Assembly (NCBI GenBank): GCA_964639605.1
Contig: CAZXEF010000002.1
Span: forward strand, 1-42,339
Reading direction: 5' to 3'
Source: an uncultured bacterium
Lineage (GTDB): Bacteria > Fermentibacterota > Fermentibacteria > Fermentibacterales > JCC-6
Length of the DNA: 42,339 nt
Of this stretch, positions 18,559-26,663 are shown in pieces. Numbering within the stretch: the stretch's first letter is position 1; each line of letters starts with the position of its first letter. The notes below the pieces were generated by a model, which made no database searches, had not been told where the DNA came from, and saw nothing but the letters and a program-made list of their open reading frames with translations. Both the position numbers and the translations under genes were made by a program.

Positions 18559-19578
18559 TCAATTCAGCGGAGCGGCCACCACCACCGTCTCGGTGGTGGT
18601 ATAGCGCTTGCCTTCAGAATCCACGCCTTCCAGAAGCACCAGGTAGGGACCCATTGAGAGGAACTCGCCGGAATCATCCGTGCCGTCCCACTGGACAACG
18701 TCACCCGCGGGTCTGGATTCGGCAAGGTGCGCCACATCCTTTCCCGCCCTGTCGAACACGGTAAGGGAGAACGACATGTCCGAGGGTCCACCGTACTCCA
18801 TATTGACCGTTTCTCCAAGTATCGGTGCAAAGGGGTTTCCTGTCAGCACCGTGAGATGGAACCCATCGGAGATGGATGGCTGGTACACCTGCAGGTCCGA
18901 CTGGTACCTAGGAAGCAGCTGATAGCCACTGTCGTAGGGAGGTTCCGAGTCGTACTGCCCCCCTATCCCCTTCATGAAGAGCCTGGTGCCTGCGGATATG
19001 CCGGAAACGCTTATTCCGGTAGTGGAGTTGACCCGGACGGCAACGGCGGTCTGTCCGTTCCATACGGTGAAATTGTAACCGCCTCCGGCGGACTCCGGAC
19101 TGTTAGCCACGGTAACCCACTGTCCCTGACCGCTGTTACCCAGTGCAAGCAGGAGCCCTTCCACTCCTTCGGTGACACCCTGGTTCAGTCCAAGCTGCAG
19201 AGGATCGGGCACTCCCGGGAAATCCAGGTAAGTGAAATCGGAAGAGCTTGCAGGTGAGATCTCGACGAGACCGTTGTACTGCTTTATCTCACCCGTGATC
19301 CTCCATCTCTCCCCTGCCTGTATGGGACCCGGGCTGGCGGAATCGTACGCGTATACGTTGATTCCCGCGGTCTCATCCTGAACGTAGAAACTAAGTCCGG
19401 TCTCGGAGAAGAGCGTGCCCTCACAAGTGGCCGTACCCTCTATCGTGAGTATCTCGCCGAGGTGATCGGGAATCCCGTCACCGTTCAGGTCCTCCCGGGC
19501 CTCCTGAATGGTCACTGTCTGGGCTCCCGACAACCCGATGAAAAGTGTCAGGATCAGTACCGGGAAACTGCTCGTCAT
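18559..19578 (-). CDS. Secreted protein: N-terminal OB-fold-like module plus C-terminal FlgD-Ig / T9SS-like sorting domain
   Basis: 339 aa with a signal peptide. ILTIEGTATCEGTLFSETGLSFYVQDETAGINVYA...GERWRITGEIKQYNGLVEI resembles the OB module found in ExeM/NucH/YhcR-type extracellular nucleases. The C-terminus NPFAPILGETVNMEYGGPSDMSFSLTVFDRAGKDV..WDGTDDSG..GPYLVLL is FlgD-Ig-like. Confidence 0.5.
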   Translation of the reverse strand: MTSSFPVLILTLFIGLSGAQTVTIQEAREDLNGDGIPDHLGEILTIEGTATCEGTLFSETGLSFYVQDETAGINVYAYDSASPGPIQAGERWRITGEIKQYNGLVEISPASSSDFTYLDFPGVPDPLQLGLNQGVTEGVEGLLLALGNSGQGQWVTVANSPESAGGGYNFTVWNGQTAVAVRVNSTTGISVSGISAGTRLFMKGIGGQYDSEPPYDSGYQLLPRYQSDLQVYQPSISDGFHLTVLTGNPFAPILGETVNMEYGGPSDMSFSLTVFDRAGKDVAHLAESRPAGDVVQWDGTDDSGEFLSMGPYLVLLEGVDSEGKRYTTTETVVVAAPLN

Positions 19579-19605
19579 CGTCTCCCCTTTCTTGATTGCA
19601 TTTTA

Positions 19606-20916
19606 TCAGTCAAGCTCGGACTCAAGCTCGGCATCGGAGAGGTTTGCGGCCCTCTCCAGGGCTTCCTCCGCGCTCATTCTGCCGTAAAGCGCTATCTCCA
19701 CAGCCTCGGAGAGGAACATCCTTCCATCGTACCAGAAGGTTCCCTGAGGCTCGAAATACGCATATTCCACCTGCAGCATGACATCCTCCAGACCGGGGTA
19801 CTTCCTGAACAGCTCGCGTACCACCGGATGTGAAAGCGAACTCCTGGTTGCGGGAATATAACCTGTGGCGGCACTCCACCGTGCCTGCTGCTCCGGCTCG
19901 GTGAACCATTTTATGAACTCCCAGCCGGCCCGTACCTCTTCCGGGCTTGACCTGAACAGTATGACATTCGTGCCTGCGATTATGACGGCTTTCTCCCTTC
20001 CGGCCGGAAGGGGGGCTATGCCCAGGGTGAAAACCTCGTCGCCGCTGTTCTCCATCCTCTCGATGCTGCTTTCCAGGAAAGCCATCGATACGGTGGAGCC
20101 CTGCACCAGTCCCACCTTTCCCTCAAGGAAATCGTTCTGGTGGGTATAACCTGAGGATATCCTTGCTGAACCGTCCTCATGTATCAGGTCTATCAGGAGC
20201 TGAAGGGCCTCTATTCCCTCGGGTGAATTGAAGGCGGTTCGCGTGCTGTCGCTGTTAAGGAGGGTGCCCCCGTTCTGCAGGAGCAGGTTCTCGAACATTC
20301 CCACGCTGGGATCGAAGGCGGTCCCCCACCTGTCGGAATCGTCCAGCAGGTCGCCATCGCCGTTGCCGTCCAGAGTGAGGGAATCAAGGACCATGCGGTA
20401 ACTGTCCCAGGTATCAGGCGGGGACAGCCCCAGAAGGTCCATCAGCTCTGAATTGTAGTAGATGGCCTGGACGCTCTTGTTGAAGGGAAAACTGTATATT
20501 CGGCCGCTGTAGGTGTTGTTCCGGCGGAAAACGCTGAAAAAATCGCTGTTCCATCTGTCCGTAATATCCGGGGAGTCCAGCTCCATCAGCGAATCCAGGG
20601 GAACCAGTGCCTCTCCCCTGATCAACTGGGATGTCCATGTCTCGTAGGCCTGGGCGACCACGGGCGGATCGTCCGCCATGACGCTGGCCAGTATCTTCTG
20701 GCACAGCGCCCTGTAGTTCCCCATGCTTACCGGAACGACCTCTATTCCAGGGTGTGTGTCGTTGAACTCGGTGATGAGGGTGTCCTCCAGGTATTCTCCC
20801 AGCGGACCTCCCATGGCGTGCCAGAATTCTATCCGGACCTCATCGTCGCTGTTCCTGGAATCCTCCCCGCAGGCCAGCGCGAGTAGCAGGAGAATCGGAA
20901 AGGATCTTCTGAACAG
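19606..20916 (-). CDS. ABC-transporter substrate-binding lipoprotein, family-1 (sugar / glycerol-phosphate type), orphan
   Basis: The 402-aa track ORF starts at the ATG at 20814. The frame stays open upstream and encodes a complete lipoprotein signal (L)FRRSFPILLLLALAC|GEDS, preceded by GAGGAGG 6 nt before a CTG at 20916. The body resembles MalE/UgpB-type SBPs. No permease or ATPase gene lies nearby. Confidence 0.8.
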   Translation of the reverse strand: MFRRSFPILLLLALACGEDSRNSDDEVRIEFWHAMGGPLGEYLEDTLITEFNDTHPGIEVVPVSMGNYRALCQKILASVMADDPPVVAQAYETWTSQLIRGEALVPLDSLMELDSPDITDRWNSDFFSVFRRNNTYSGRIYSFPFNKSVQAIYYNSELMDLLGLSPPDTWDSYRMVLDSLTLDGNGDGDLLDDSDRWGTAFDPSVGMFENLLLQNGGTLLNSDSTRTAFNSPEGIEALQLLIDLIHEDGSARISSGYTHQNDFLEGKVGLVQGSTVSMAFLESSIERMENSGDEVFTLGIAPLPAGREKAVIIAGTNVILFRSSPEEVRAGWEFIKWFTEPEQQARWSAATGYIPATRSSLSHPVVRELFRKYPGLEDVMLQVEYAYFEPQGTFWYDGRMFLSEAVEIALYGRMSAEEALERAANLSDAELESELD

Positions 20917-20995
20917 ATTCGACCTCCTCAGGTGGAACCGGATAACACAGGCTAGTATACTACCTCGCAGAATCCCCTACCAGAGACAGGGGAGG

Positions 20996-21256
20996 TCAGG
21001 AATCATCGCAGCAGCAGCCTCCGGAGGGACAGCTGCCCTTCTTCTCCCCGCAGCTTCCGTGGTCGCCGTTCCCGCCCTTTGCGTAGTCCGTGGCGTGGAA
21101 ACCGGATCCCTTGAAGATGATGCCCGAACCGGTGCCTATCTTCCTCTCGGCCATCCCGCCGCACTCGGGACACTTCCTCGGCTCGGAATCGTTCATCTTG
21201 TGAAACTCGTCGAAGGTGCAGCCGCAGCTTTTGCACCTGTATTCGTAAGTAGGCAT
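20996..21256 (-). CDS. FmdB-family zinc-ribbon protein
   Basis: 86 aa. MPTYEYRCKSCG...KCPECGG CxxC-CxxC ribbon and a Gly/Cys-rich tail. Confidence 0.85.
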   Translation of the reverse strand: MPTYEYRCKSCGCTFDEFHKMNDSEPRKCPECGGMAERKIGTGSGIIFKGSGFHATDYAKGGNGDHGSCGEKKGSCPSGGCCCDDS

Positions 21257-21272
21257 TTTCAGGTCTTCCCTT

Positions 21273-21578
21273 TCAATCGTTGCTCATAATACTTATGGCA
21301 CCCGCGGTACAGACATCGGAACAGGCGCCGCATCCGGAGCAGTTCCTGCTCACCCTTGCCGTCCCGCTCCGGTCCAGCCTGATGCGCCGGTGAAGGCAGA
21401 TGCTCAGGCACTCTCCGCAGCCGAGGCAGAGGGCCCTGTCCACAACAGCCATCCTGAGCGGTTTCGGCCTGCCGAACAAGCCCTTCCCAGGATATCCCTC
21501 TGCTCTTCCTCGCATAATCGTCAACCAATCCGCTGAAAAGTGGTTCCAGCAGAGATCGTATGGCAATATTCGTTCCAT
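21273..21578 (-). CDS. 2x[4Fe-4S] ferredoxin-domain protein
   Basis: Two CxxCxxCxxxC motifs (CLGCGECLSIC and CSGCGACSDVC). The start is uncertain: 21578, or the internal ATG at 21452, which gives a classic 59-aa ferredoxin. Confidence 0.75.
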   Translation of the reverse strand: MERILPYDLCWNHFSADWLTIMRGRAEGYPGKGLFGRPKPLRMAVVDRALCLGCGECLSICLHRRIRLDRSGTARVSRNCSGCGACSDVCTAGAISIMSND

Positions 21579-21676
21579 GTGAGATGCACTCTTAAAATCC
21601 TGTCAGAATACAAATTACAAAGCCTATGACTCGATCCGTCGGCGAAGGTGCGCCAAACAGGCATAGAACAGGCAAG

Positions 21677-22720
21677 TCAAACCCTGCCAGGAGAGCCGTC
21701 ATCTGAAGCCACCATCTCATCCTCGTTCTCTGCGATCCTGCTCACCTGCGAAGCAGTCACCCCTTCCCTGATCGCCACTGCCAGGCCCACAATGATCACG
21801 GGCAAGAACTGAGTGGTGTGGAAGATGAGGGCCAGGACCCTTGTACTCTCCAGGCTGATGCCGATGAGCCCGGGAAGCACCAGGACAAGAGCACCGTGCA
21901 CCGTGCCCGCACCCGCCGGAGTGGGTATCAGCATACCGAGGCCCGCCAGGACCAGGATAAGGACCGGGTAGTACCAGAACATATGCATATGCATCGCCCA
22001 GAAGACCGGAATGACAGACACGGTCAGCGATCCCCATATCAGGATGGAGTAGATGCTCACCTTCAGGGTATCCCTCCAGTCCCTGAGTATTTCCAGACCC
22101 TCCGAGAAGGAGATGAAGACCTTCTCGGCCTTCCGGGCGATTGAACCCAGACCCACCCATCTCAATGGAGCGGCGAGGGCTCTTGCCGACCGTTCCCTGA
22201 GCCTCCTCAGCGATACCAGCATCGCAAGGACCGCAATATACATGAAACCTGCGGCGGCCAGACCGAGTCGCGTGGTCCCATCGAGCCTTCCCCAGAGAAC
22301 CGCCAGGACAACAAGGGTCATGGCGGCAAGGGTGAGACCGTCGAATATCCTTGCCAGCACAACAGTTCCGAATGAACTTGCCCTGGATATACCGGTCCTT
22401 CGGGAAAGCAGCAGCGCCCGAAGTATCTCCCCGACCCTGCCGGGGAGCAGGGTGTTCACGAAAAAACCTGTGATCAGCGGCCCTGCCGCATCCCTGGATG
22501 ATATCCTTCCAATGGGAGACAGCAGCTTCCTCCACCTGAGGATCCTGAACATGTAGCTGAGGACAAGTGGAGGCAGGACCAGCGCCAGAACCGGCCACTG
22601 CATCTCTCTCAGGGCCTGGAGCAGTGCCACGGGATCGGTCTTCCTGTAGGTCAGGTAAAGGGCCACTCCGGCTATCAGCAGCCCCGGCACAAGGTGTTTC
22701 CAGATGGCTCCCTTCTTCAA
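21677..22720 (-). CDS. Lysylphosphatidylglycerol-synthase-TM-region-like (UPF0104) flippase-like membrane protein
   Basis: 347 aa, about 8 TM segments. N-terminal K-rich anchor and RILRWRKLL-type loop typical of the LPG_synthase_TM family. Confidence 0.6.
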   Translation of the reverse strand: MKKGAIWKHLVPGLLIAGVALYLTYRKTDPVALLQALREMQWPVLALVLPPLVLSYMFRILRWRKLLSPIGRISSRDAAGPLITGFFVNTLLPGRVGEILRALLLSRRTGISRASSFGTVVLARIFDGLTLAAMTLVVLAVLWGRLDGTTRLGLAAAGFMYIAVLAMLVSLRRLRERSARALAAPLRWVGLGSIARKAEKVFISFSEGLEILRDWRDTLKVSIYSILIWGSLTVSVIPVFWAMHMHMFWYYPVLILVLAGLGMLIPTPAGAGTVHGALVLVLPGLIGISLESTRVLALIFHTTQFLPVIIVGLAVAIREGVTASQVSRIAENEDEMVASDDGSPGRV

Positions 22721-23290
22721 TCAGTCACCATCGTCCTTCGCACAGGCACTTTCCACGGCGTGGCAGATGGCGTGCCCGGCAACCAGGAGAGCCTCCTGCA
22801 CATGGCAGGTCTCGCTGGACGAGGCCTTCACGCAGAGGTCCGCAAGGACGCACAGGGCTCCCCCGGATTCTCCGGTGAAGCCAAGGGTCCTCATATCCAG
22901 CTCCTTCGCCTTCTCTACGGCCTTCAGGACGTTCTCCGAATTGCCGCTGGTGGATATGGCCACCAGAAGGTCGCCGGGTCCGCCAAGCGCCTCCACCTGT
23001 CTCGCGAATACCATCGTGAAATCGTAGTCGTTGGCTATGGCCGTTAATATCGCCGAGTTCGAGGTGAGGGCCACGGCGGGAAGCGCCTTGCGCTCCATGC
23101 GGAACCTGCCCACCAGTTCACCGGCAAAATGCTGTGAATCAGCGGCGCTGCCCCCGTTGCCGCAGAAGAAGATCGTCCCACCGTTCCTGACGGTATCGAT
23201 ACACATGTCGGCCGCCTTCTTCACGACCTTGGGATCCAGGGAAGCTACCGCGCTGCAGGCATTTCCCAGGTAATCATCGATATCTGACAT
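22721..23290 (-). CDS. gmhA: D-sedoheptulose-7-phosphate isomerase (SIS domain)
   Basis: FFCGNGGSAADSQHFAGELVGRF and SGNS motifs. Start set at the ATG at 23290 (MSDIDDYL..). The longer track ORF (to 23392) overlaps the 3' end of the rfbD-like gene. Confidence 0.85.
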   Translation of the reverse strand: MSDIDDYLGNACSAVASLDPKVVKKAADMCIDTVRNGGTIFFCGNGGSAADSQHFAGELVGRFRMERKALPAVALTSNSAILTAIANDYDFTMVFARQVEALGGPGDLLVAISTSGNSENVLKAVEKAKELDMRTLGFTGESGGALCVLADLCVKASSSETCHVQEALLVAGHAICHAVESACAKDDGD

Positions 23291-24092
23291 TGCTCTTCCT
23301 CCATCTTTCAAGTGCATCCTCCATGTCGGGCAGGGAGACTTCCCTCGCGGTTCCGAGTACGGAATAGAAGGGCCTTGGAGCATCAAGTTCAAGATCGGAC
23401 CAGCTCACTTCCTCCACCACGCCGCCGGAAGACCGTGCGAAACGGGCTGCCAGCTCGGCAGGGGTGATGCCGGGGCTGTTGACCAGATGGAAAAGCCCTC
23501 CGGCCTCTCCGGAAGTCAGCCCGACGATAGCGTCCGCAAGGTCGGGGGCATAGGTCAGGCAGGCCCTCTGGTCACAGACCGCCCTCACACGGCCCCGGTG
23601 GGCCAGGCTCCTGTATATGAATGGACAAAGTCCTGTATCGCCGGAGAACATCCATGAGGTCCTGACGACTATGTTCTCCGGCCGGGCATCCAGAGCCTCG
23701 CTCTCTCCCAGAAGCTTGCTCTCTCCGTACCTGTTGGATGGGCATGTCCGATCACCCTCGAGTATGGGGGTCTTCGTTCCAGCTGATCCGGTGAATACAT
23801 GATCGGTGGATATGGTCAGGAGCTTTCTTCCGGTGCGGGCAAGGTTCGCCACTCCGTCCCTGTGGACTTTCATGGCGATCCCGGGTTCCCGCTGGCAGAG
23901 ATCTACATCGGTTATCGCGGCGCAGTTTATGATCCATTGAGGATCGTACTCCCCCACCGCCGCCAGCACCGAGTCCACTGAAGTGACGTCCACTTCGGGG
24001 AGGTCGGTACCTGCCGCCCTTCTCCCGAGCAGGCCCAGAAGAGCCCTGCCCAGCTGTCCTTTCGCACCGGTGATCAGAAACTCAGCCGTCAT
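23274..24092 (-). CDS. rfbD: dTDP-4-dehydrorhamnose reductase-like (RmlD substrate-binding family) NAD(P)-dependent reductase
   Basis: 272 aa. FLITGAKGQLGRAL Rossmann motif, INCAAITDVD, and YGESK catalytic Tyr-x3-Lys. Confidence 0.75.
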   Translation of the reverse strand: MTAEFLITGAKGQLGRALLGLLGRRAAGTDLPEVDVTSVDSVLAAVGEYDPQWIINCAAITDVDLCQREPGIAMKVHRDGVANLARTGRKLLTISTDHVFTGSAGTKTPILEGDRTCPSNRYGESKLLGESEALDARPENIVVRTSWMFSGDTGLCPFIYRSLAHRGRVRAVCDQRACLTYAPDLADAIVGLTSGEAGGLFHLVNSPGITPAELAARFARSSGGVVEEVSWSDLELDAPRPFYSVLGTAREVSLPDMEDALERWRKSNVRYR

Positions 24093-24324
24093 TCAAAATC
24101 CGGTCCGATCTGCAAAGCGGTTTCGGCCTCGGGGGCCATCCTGCCGGATGTGCTCTGAGAGCAGATCCTCAGTGGTAAGTCGACCATTGAGGGTTCCTGG
24201 AACTATAAGCCGAGAACGATGCTCAAGTAAATGATGGGCCTGGAGGAACGTAAGGATGGTCCGCAGGGAATACGGTTCATGGAAAGGTGATGCGCGGAGT
24301 ATGAAAAGCCCTACGGCAATGCGC

Positions 24325-25845
24325 CTACCGAAGCAGCATCAGCCTGCTCGAGACCCTGATACCGCCGGTGCTGAATTCGCAGATGTAGATTCCTGAAGGC
24401 TCTTCGGCAGTATCCCAGGTAACCGTACCAGCACCGGCCTCAAGAAAACCTGAGAGGATGTTCGACACCCTCCTGCCGCAGAGATCATATATTGTGATCT
24501 CCGCGGGTCCCGAAGCCTCCAGGCTGTACAAAAAGGTCGCCGTACCGCTGAAGGGATTGGGGCCGGCAAGGTCCAGTGTCGCTGAGGGGGGGTCCGTGAC
24601 ACCCCCCTGACCTAAGCCGGTATCCGAATTCCTGACGCATCGGACGAAGTTATATATCCTTACCACGTCGCCCTGGGGACCATGTCCGTGGGGATACTGG
24701 GAAGGGTCGCCTGTTTTCGGGTCGCTCCTCTGAGCGCCGGCCCCGTGGACGTCCCAGAGTTCCCAGGAGGTCGAGTCCGGTGTCATCATCCAGCCCAGCG
24801 CCTCGCCGAAGGCTATGTAGACGGCAAAGCCGCCATCATCCCCGGGCATCGTCGTCTGATGGGTTGTCCCGGTCCAGTAGAAACCGAAGTTCGGGGTACC
24901 GCCTTCGTCTGTGATCTGGGTACAATCGAAGACGGAATCGATGGACGGTGAGCCGGTGGCCTGCATCGACCTCTCATAATCCACAATACTCTGCAGCTCA
25001 TGGGCGTTGGGAAGCCGCCAGTCATCGTACCCGGCCAGGCAGAGGTCCTCAGCGCAGGCAAGGGCTTCCTCCCAGTTCCTTCCCGTGCCGTCGTCAGCCT
25101 GCTGCCACATCAGCCCGGTGGCCGTGTCCGTAACGGTACCGTCACCGTTGTCGACGAACTGGTTCTGGCCGTAACAGTCGCCTCGCACGTATCTGACGAA
25201 GGACCGCATCAGGAAAGTCTGCCCGGGAGGACCCACCTCCTGGCTGGGGTAACCCTTTATCCTTCCATCGGCGAAGTTCACCCCAAAGGCTGTTGAATCT
25301 CCATTCATGGTCAGTCCCCGGTAAACAGTGGATGACCAGTACTGGGCATCGATAAGCCTTTCGCCGGCAAGGGTGTCGCCGTACTGGAACTCGAAATAGT
25401 CAGTATCGATGAAGGGTATCAGGTTCTGTGGGTCAGGTCCGCTCGGATCGGTGCCGCTGAACTGGATCAGCGAGTAGAGTTCCTTGATGGTCGGCAGTCT
25501 CCAGTCACTGTATCCTCCTGTGCCGCAGGTGTCCACACCGGTCTCGGCTTCTTCCCAGGACATCTTCTCCGGGGGCAGCCCCTGCTGCCACATCAATCCT
25601 GTGTTAAGGTCCGTGACCGTTCCGTCGCCGTTGTCCACGTATGAAGGCTGGAGCCCAGAGAACTGGGCGTCCTGACCGTAAAAAGGTTCTCCTGGCTGCG
25701 GTTCTCCGATCACCGATACAGTATCGAAGCACAGTGACTGGTCGGTGTCCGGCAGCGGGTAAGGGACCGCGGCCACCCATGCCGGTGCAGCGAACAGCAT
25801 GAGAAGCCCCGTTGCATCATGGACCCATTTCTTCCAAACGCCCAT
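24325..25845 (-). CDS. Secreted DUF1566 (Lcl C-terminal domain) repeat protein with T9SS/FlgD-Ig-like C-terminal sorting domain
   Basis: 506 aa with a signal peptide. Two DUF1566-type modules (GLMWQQ...DWRLPTIKELYSL and GLMWQQ...DWRLPNAHELQSI). C-terminal NPFSGTATFLYSLEASGPAEITIYDLCGRRV...SGIYICEF. Confidence 0.7.
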   Translation of the reverse strand: MGVWKKWVHDATGLLMLFAAPAWVAAVPYPLPDTDQSLCFDTVSVIGEPQPGEPFYGQDAQFSGLQPSYVDNGDGTVTDLNTGLMWQQGLPPEKMSWEEAETGVDTCGTGGYSDWRLPTIKELYSLIQFSGTDPSGPDPQNLIPFIDTDYFEFQYGDTLAGERLIDAQYWSSTVYRGLTMNGDSTAFGVNFADGRIKGYPSQEVGPPGQTFLMRSFVRYVRGDCYGQNQFVDNGDGTVTDTATGLMWQQADDGTGRNWEEALACAEDLCLAGYDDWRLPNAHELQSIVDYERSMQATGSPSIDSVFDCTQITDEGGTPNFGFYWTGTTHQTTMPGDDGGFAVYIAFGEALGWMMTPDSTSWELWDVHGAGAQRSDPKTGDPSQYPHGHGPQGDVVRIYNFVRCVRNSDTGLGQGGVTDPPSATLDLAGPNPFSGTATFLYSLEASGPAEITIYDLCGRRVSNILSGFLEAGAGTVTWDTAEEPSGIYICEFSTGGIRVSSRLMLLR

Positions 25846-26019
25846 CTGATACTCCTCCCATGGTCTTGTTCATTATCGTCGGAGGAAGGATCACACGACT
25901 GCGTAAGCTGGAAATGAACGGAGTGTAACAGAATGTTACGGCTGAGTACCTTCGGCTCATCACCGGATCGACCCGCACCTGCCCGGGGCGGGATCAGTCC
26001 GACTTACGACGGTGGCCGA

Positions 26020-26655
26020 TCAGGTCAGTTCTTTCGAACCGCGCTGCGTTTCGATGATCAAGCCCGCACCTGAACCTTTGGCACAGCTGAGAAGGATATG
26101 CACTGCCGGACGGTCCGGCTGGCCCACCGGCTGGAGACGCACCGGGCCGAGACCCCACGCGGAACATCCCAGGAGAATCTCGGGGAGCATGCAAGGTCTG
26201 CCCACGATTATGAACTCACCGCCCGACGGAAGGAGGTGGGCCGCCGCCCTTATGAAATGATGCAGGAGCATGTCGGATCCGCTCCTGGAGAGGGCCCTGT
26301 CCTGGTCCGGGCTTACCCTTCCCCTGCCGAGCGTTCCAAAGGGAGGATTTGTGATCACCGAATCCGCCACCGCTTCGGAGAAGGCCATTGGCACGTCCTC
26401 CACATTGCAGCATACGCATTGAACGTCATCCACTTTTCTTCTCCGCTCAAGGGATACCATCATCTCCCTGAGCGGGGGAGTACGAGAATCGACACCGATC
26501 CAGCGGCACCCCGGATTTCTTCTCGAAGCGGCTTCTATGACCCCTCCGCTGCCGCAGCCCAGTTCGATGATGGTGGATCCGCGGGGTACGGAAATATAAG
26601 AGGCCAGAAGGAGGGTATCCGTGGTCACCGGTGCCCCGGGGTCACGGTCCGGCAT
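26020..26655 (-). CDS. Class I SAM-dependent N6-adenine methyltransferase (TrmN6/YfiC-like)
   Basis: 211 aa. ELGCGSGG SAM motif I and DSVITNPPFG (NPPF) motif IV. Confidence 0.65.
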   Translation of the reverse strand: MPDRDPGAPVTTDTLLLASYISVPRGSTIIELGCGSGGVIEAASRRNPGCRWIGVDSRTPPLREMMVSLERRRKVDDVQCVCCNVEDVPMAFSEAVADSVITNPPFGTLGRGRVSPDQDRALSRSGSDMLLHHFIRAAAHLLPSGGEFIIVGRPCMLPEILLGCSAWGLGPVRLQPVGQPDRPAVHILLSCAKGSGAGLIIETQRGSKELT

Positions 26656-26663
26656 GCGGCTCC

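Noticed and set aside
21717-22598. 293-aa alternative-frame ORF on the same strand as the LPG_synthase_TM-like gene
   Set aside because: The 347-aa frame gives a coherent multi-TM protein. The alternative frame is Arg/Gly/Pro-rich with no hydrophobic segments.
23291-23392. 34-aa N-terminal extension of gmhA in the ORF track
   Set aside because: It overlaps the 3' end of the rfbD-like gene. GmhA-family proteins begin near the MSDIDDYL position, and the internal ATG at 23290 gives a normal 189-aa product.
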